NCBI GenBank assembly: GCA_051047955.1
Contig: JBPGPT010000035.1
Coordinates: 1-64,000 of the forward strand
Origin: Cystobasidiomycetes sp. EMM_F5
Lineage: Eukaryota
DNA length: 64,000 bases
Direction of reading: 5' to 3'
Part shown: positions 63,718-64,000 of the stretch, in pieces
Layout of the letters: each line of letters starts with the position of its first letter
Numbering within the stretch: the first letter of the stretch is position 1
Notes under the pieces: model-generated
What the model was told of the DNA's origin: nothing
Seen by the model: only the letters and a program-made list of their open reading frames with translations
The model's database searches: none
Program-made: the position numbers and the translations under genes

Positions 63718-64000
63718 TGTTGTTTCAACAGACGTGTATGGTTACCTTGTTGCTCACTCTCAGAGTCTACTTGTCAATGCAAAGCCAACCCCATTTGCTC
63801 GCCATTTCCTTCATCAATTTCTTTGCATTCTCGGGCGAGTTGAAAGTCGCGAGCCGAAAGACATCACGTGACTCTGAAATGACAGCTGCGAAAGATTTGC
63901 CGACGGTGACGATGGAAGAGCACAACCTGCAGCGGGTACAGCAAATATGAAGGTGGGCATGCGGGAGTCTGCATGAGCGACACGGCATCGTCTGATTCGG

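Noticed and set aside
63879..64000. Possible first exon of a divergent gene (MTAAKDLPTVTMEEHNLQR|gt)
   Set aside because: Too short and cut by the window edge to support a call.
1..64000. Transposons, CRISPR arrays, rRNA, telomeric or viral sequence
   Set aside because: No transposase/RT/integrase motifs, LTR/TIR pairs, repeat-spacer arrays or rRNA signatures were seen.

Overview
Gene-dense, intron-rich eukaryotic DNA with short GT-AG introns (mostly about 45-105 nt, CTRAY branch points, a few GC-AG). It is almost certainly a basidiomycete fungus; a Pucciniomycotina yeast is inferred but not proven. About 33 protein-coding genes can be reconstructed across introns. These include ZPR1, ARL3/ARFRP1, LEO1, a head-to-head TRS31/TRS33 pair, a G-protein gamma subunit, importin alpha, MFAP1, a GST, RPS8, a RING-CH ligase, an Mpv17/PMP22 protein, PCH2, ARG2, NPC2, an MFS permease, two tandem CE4 chitin deacetylases and an allantoicase/ureidoglycolate-lyase fusion. 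The stand-out signal lies in the 32.4-34.3 kb gap, which has no convincing ORF. There, a minus-strand tRNA-Val(TAC) gene (33083-33211) forms a complete 73-nt cloverleaf once a 56-nt spliceosomal-type intron is removed from inside the acceptor stem, between tRNA positions 4 and 5. That intron has a GTGAGT donor, a CTAAT branch and a TAG acceptor. Further intron-like and hairpin-rich non-coding sequence flanks it. Exon boundaries were read by eye and may be off by a few bases.
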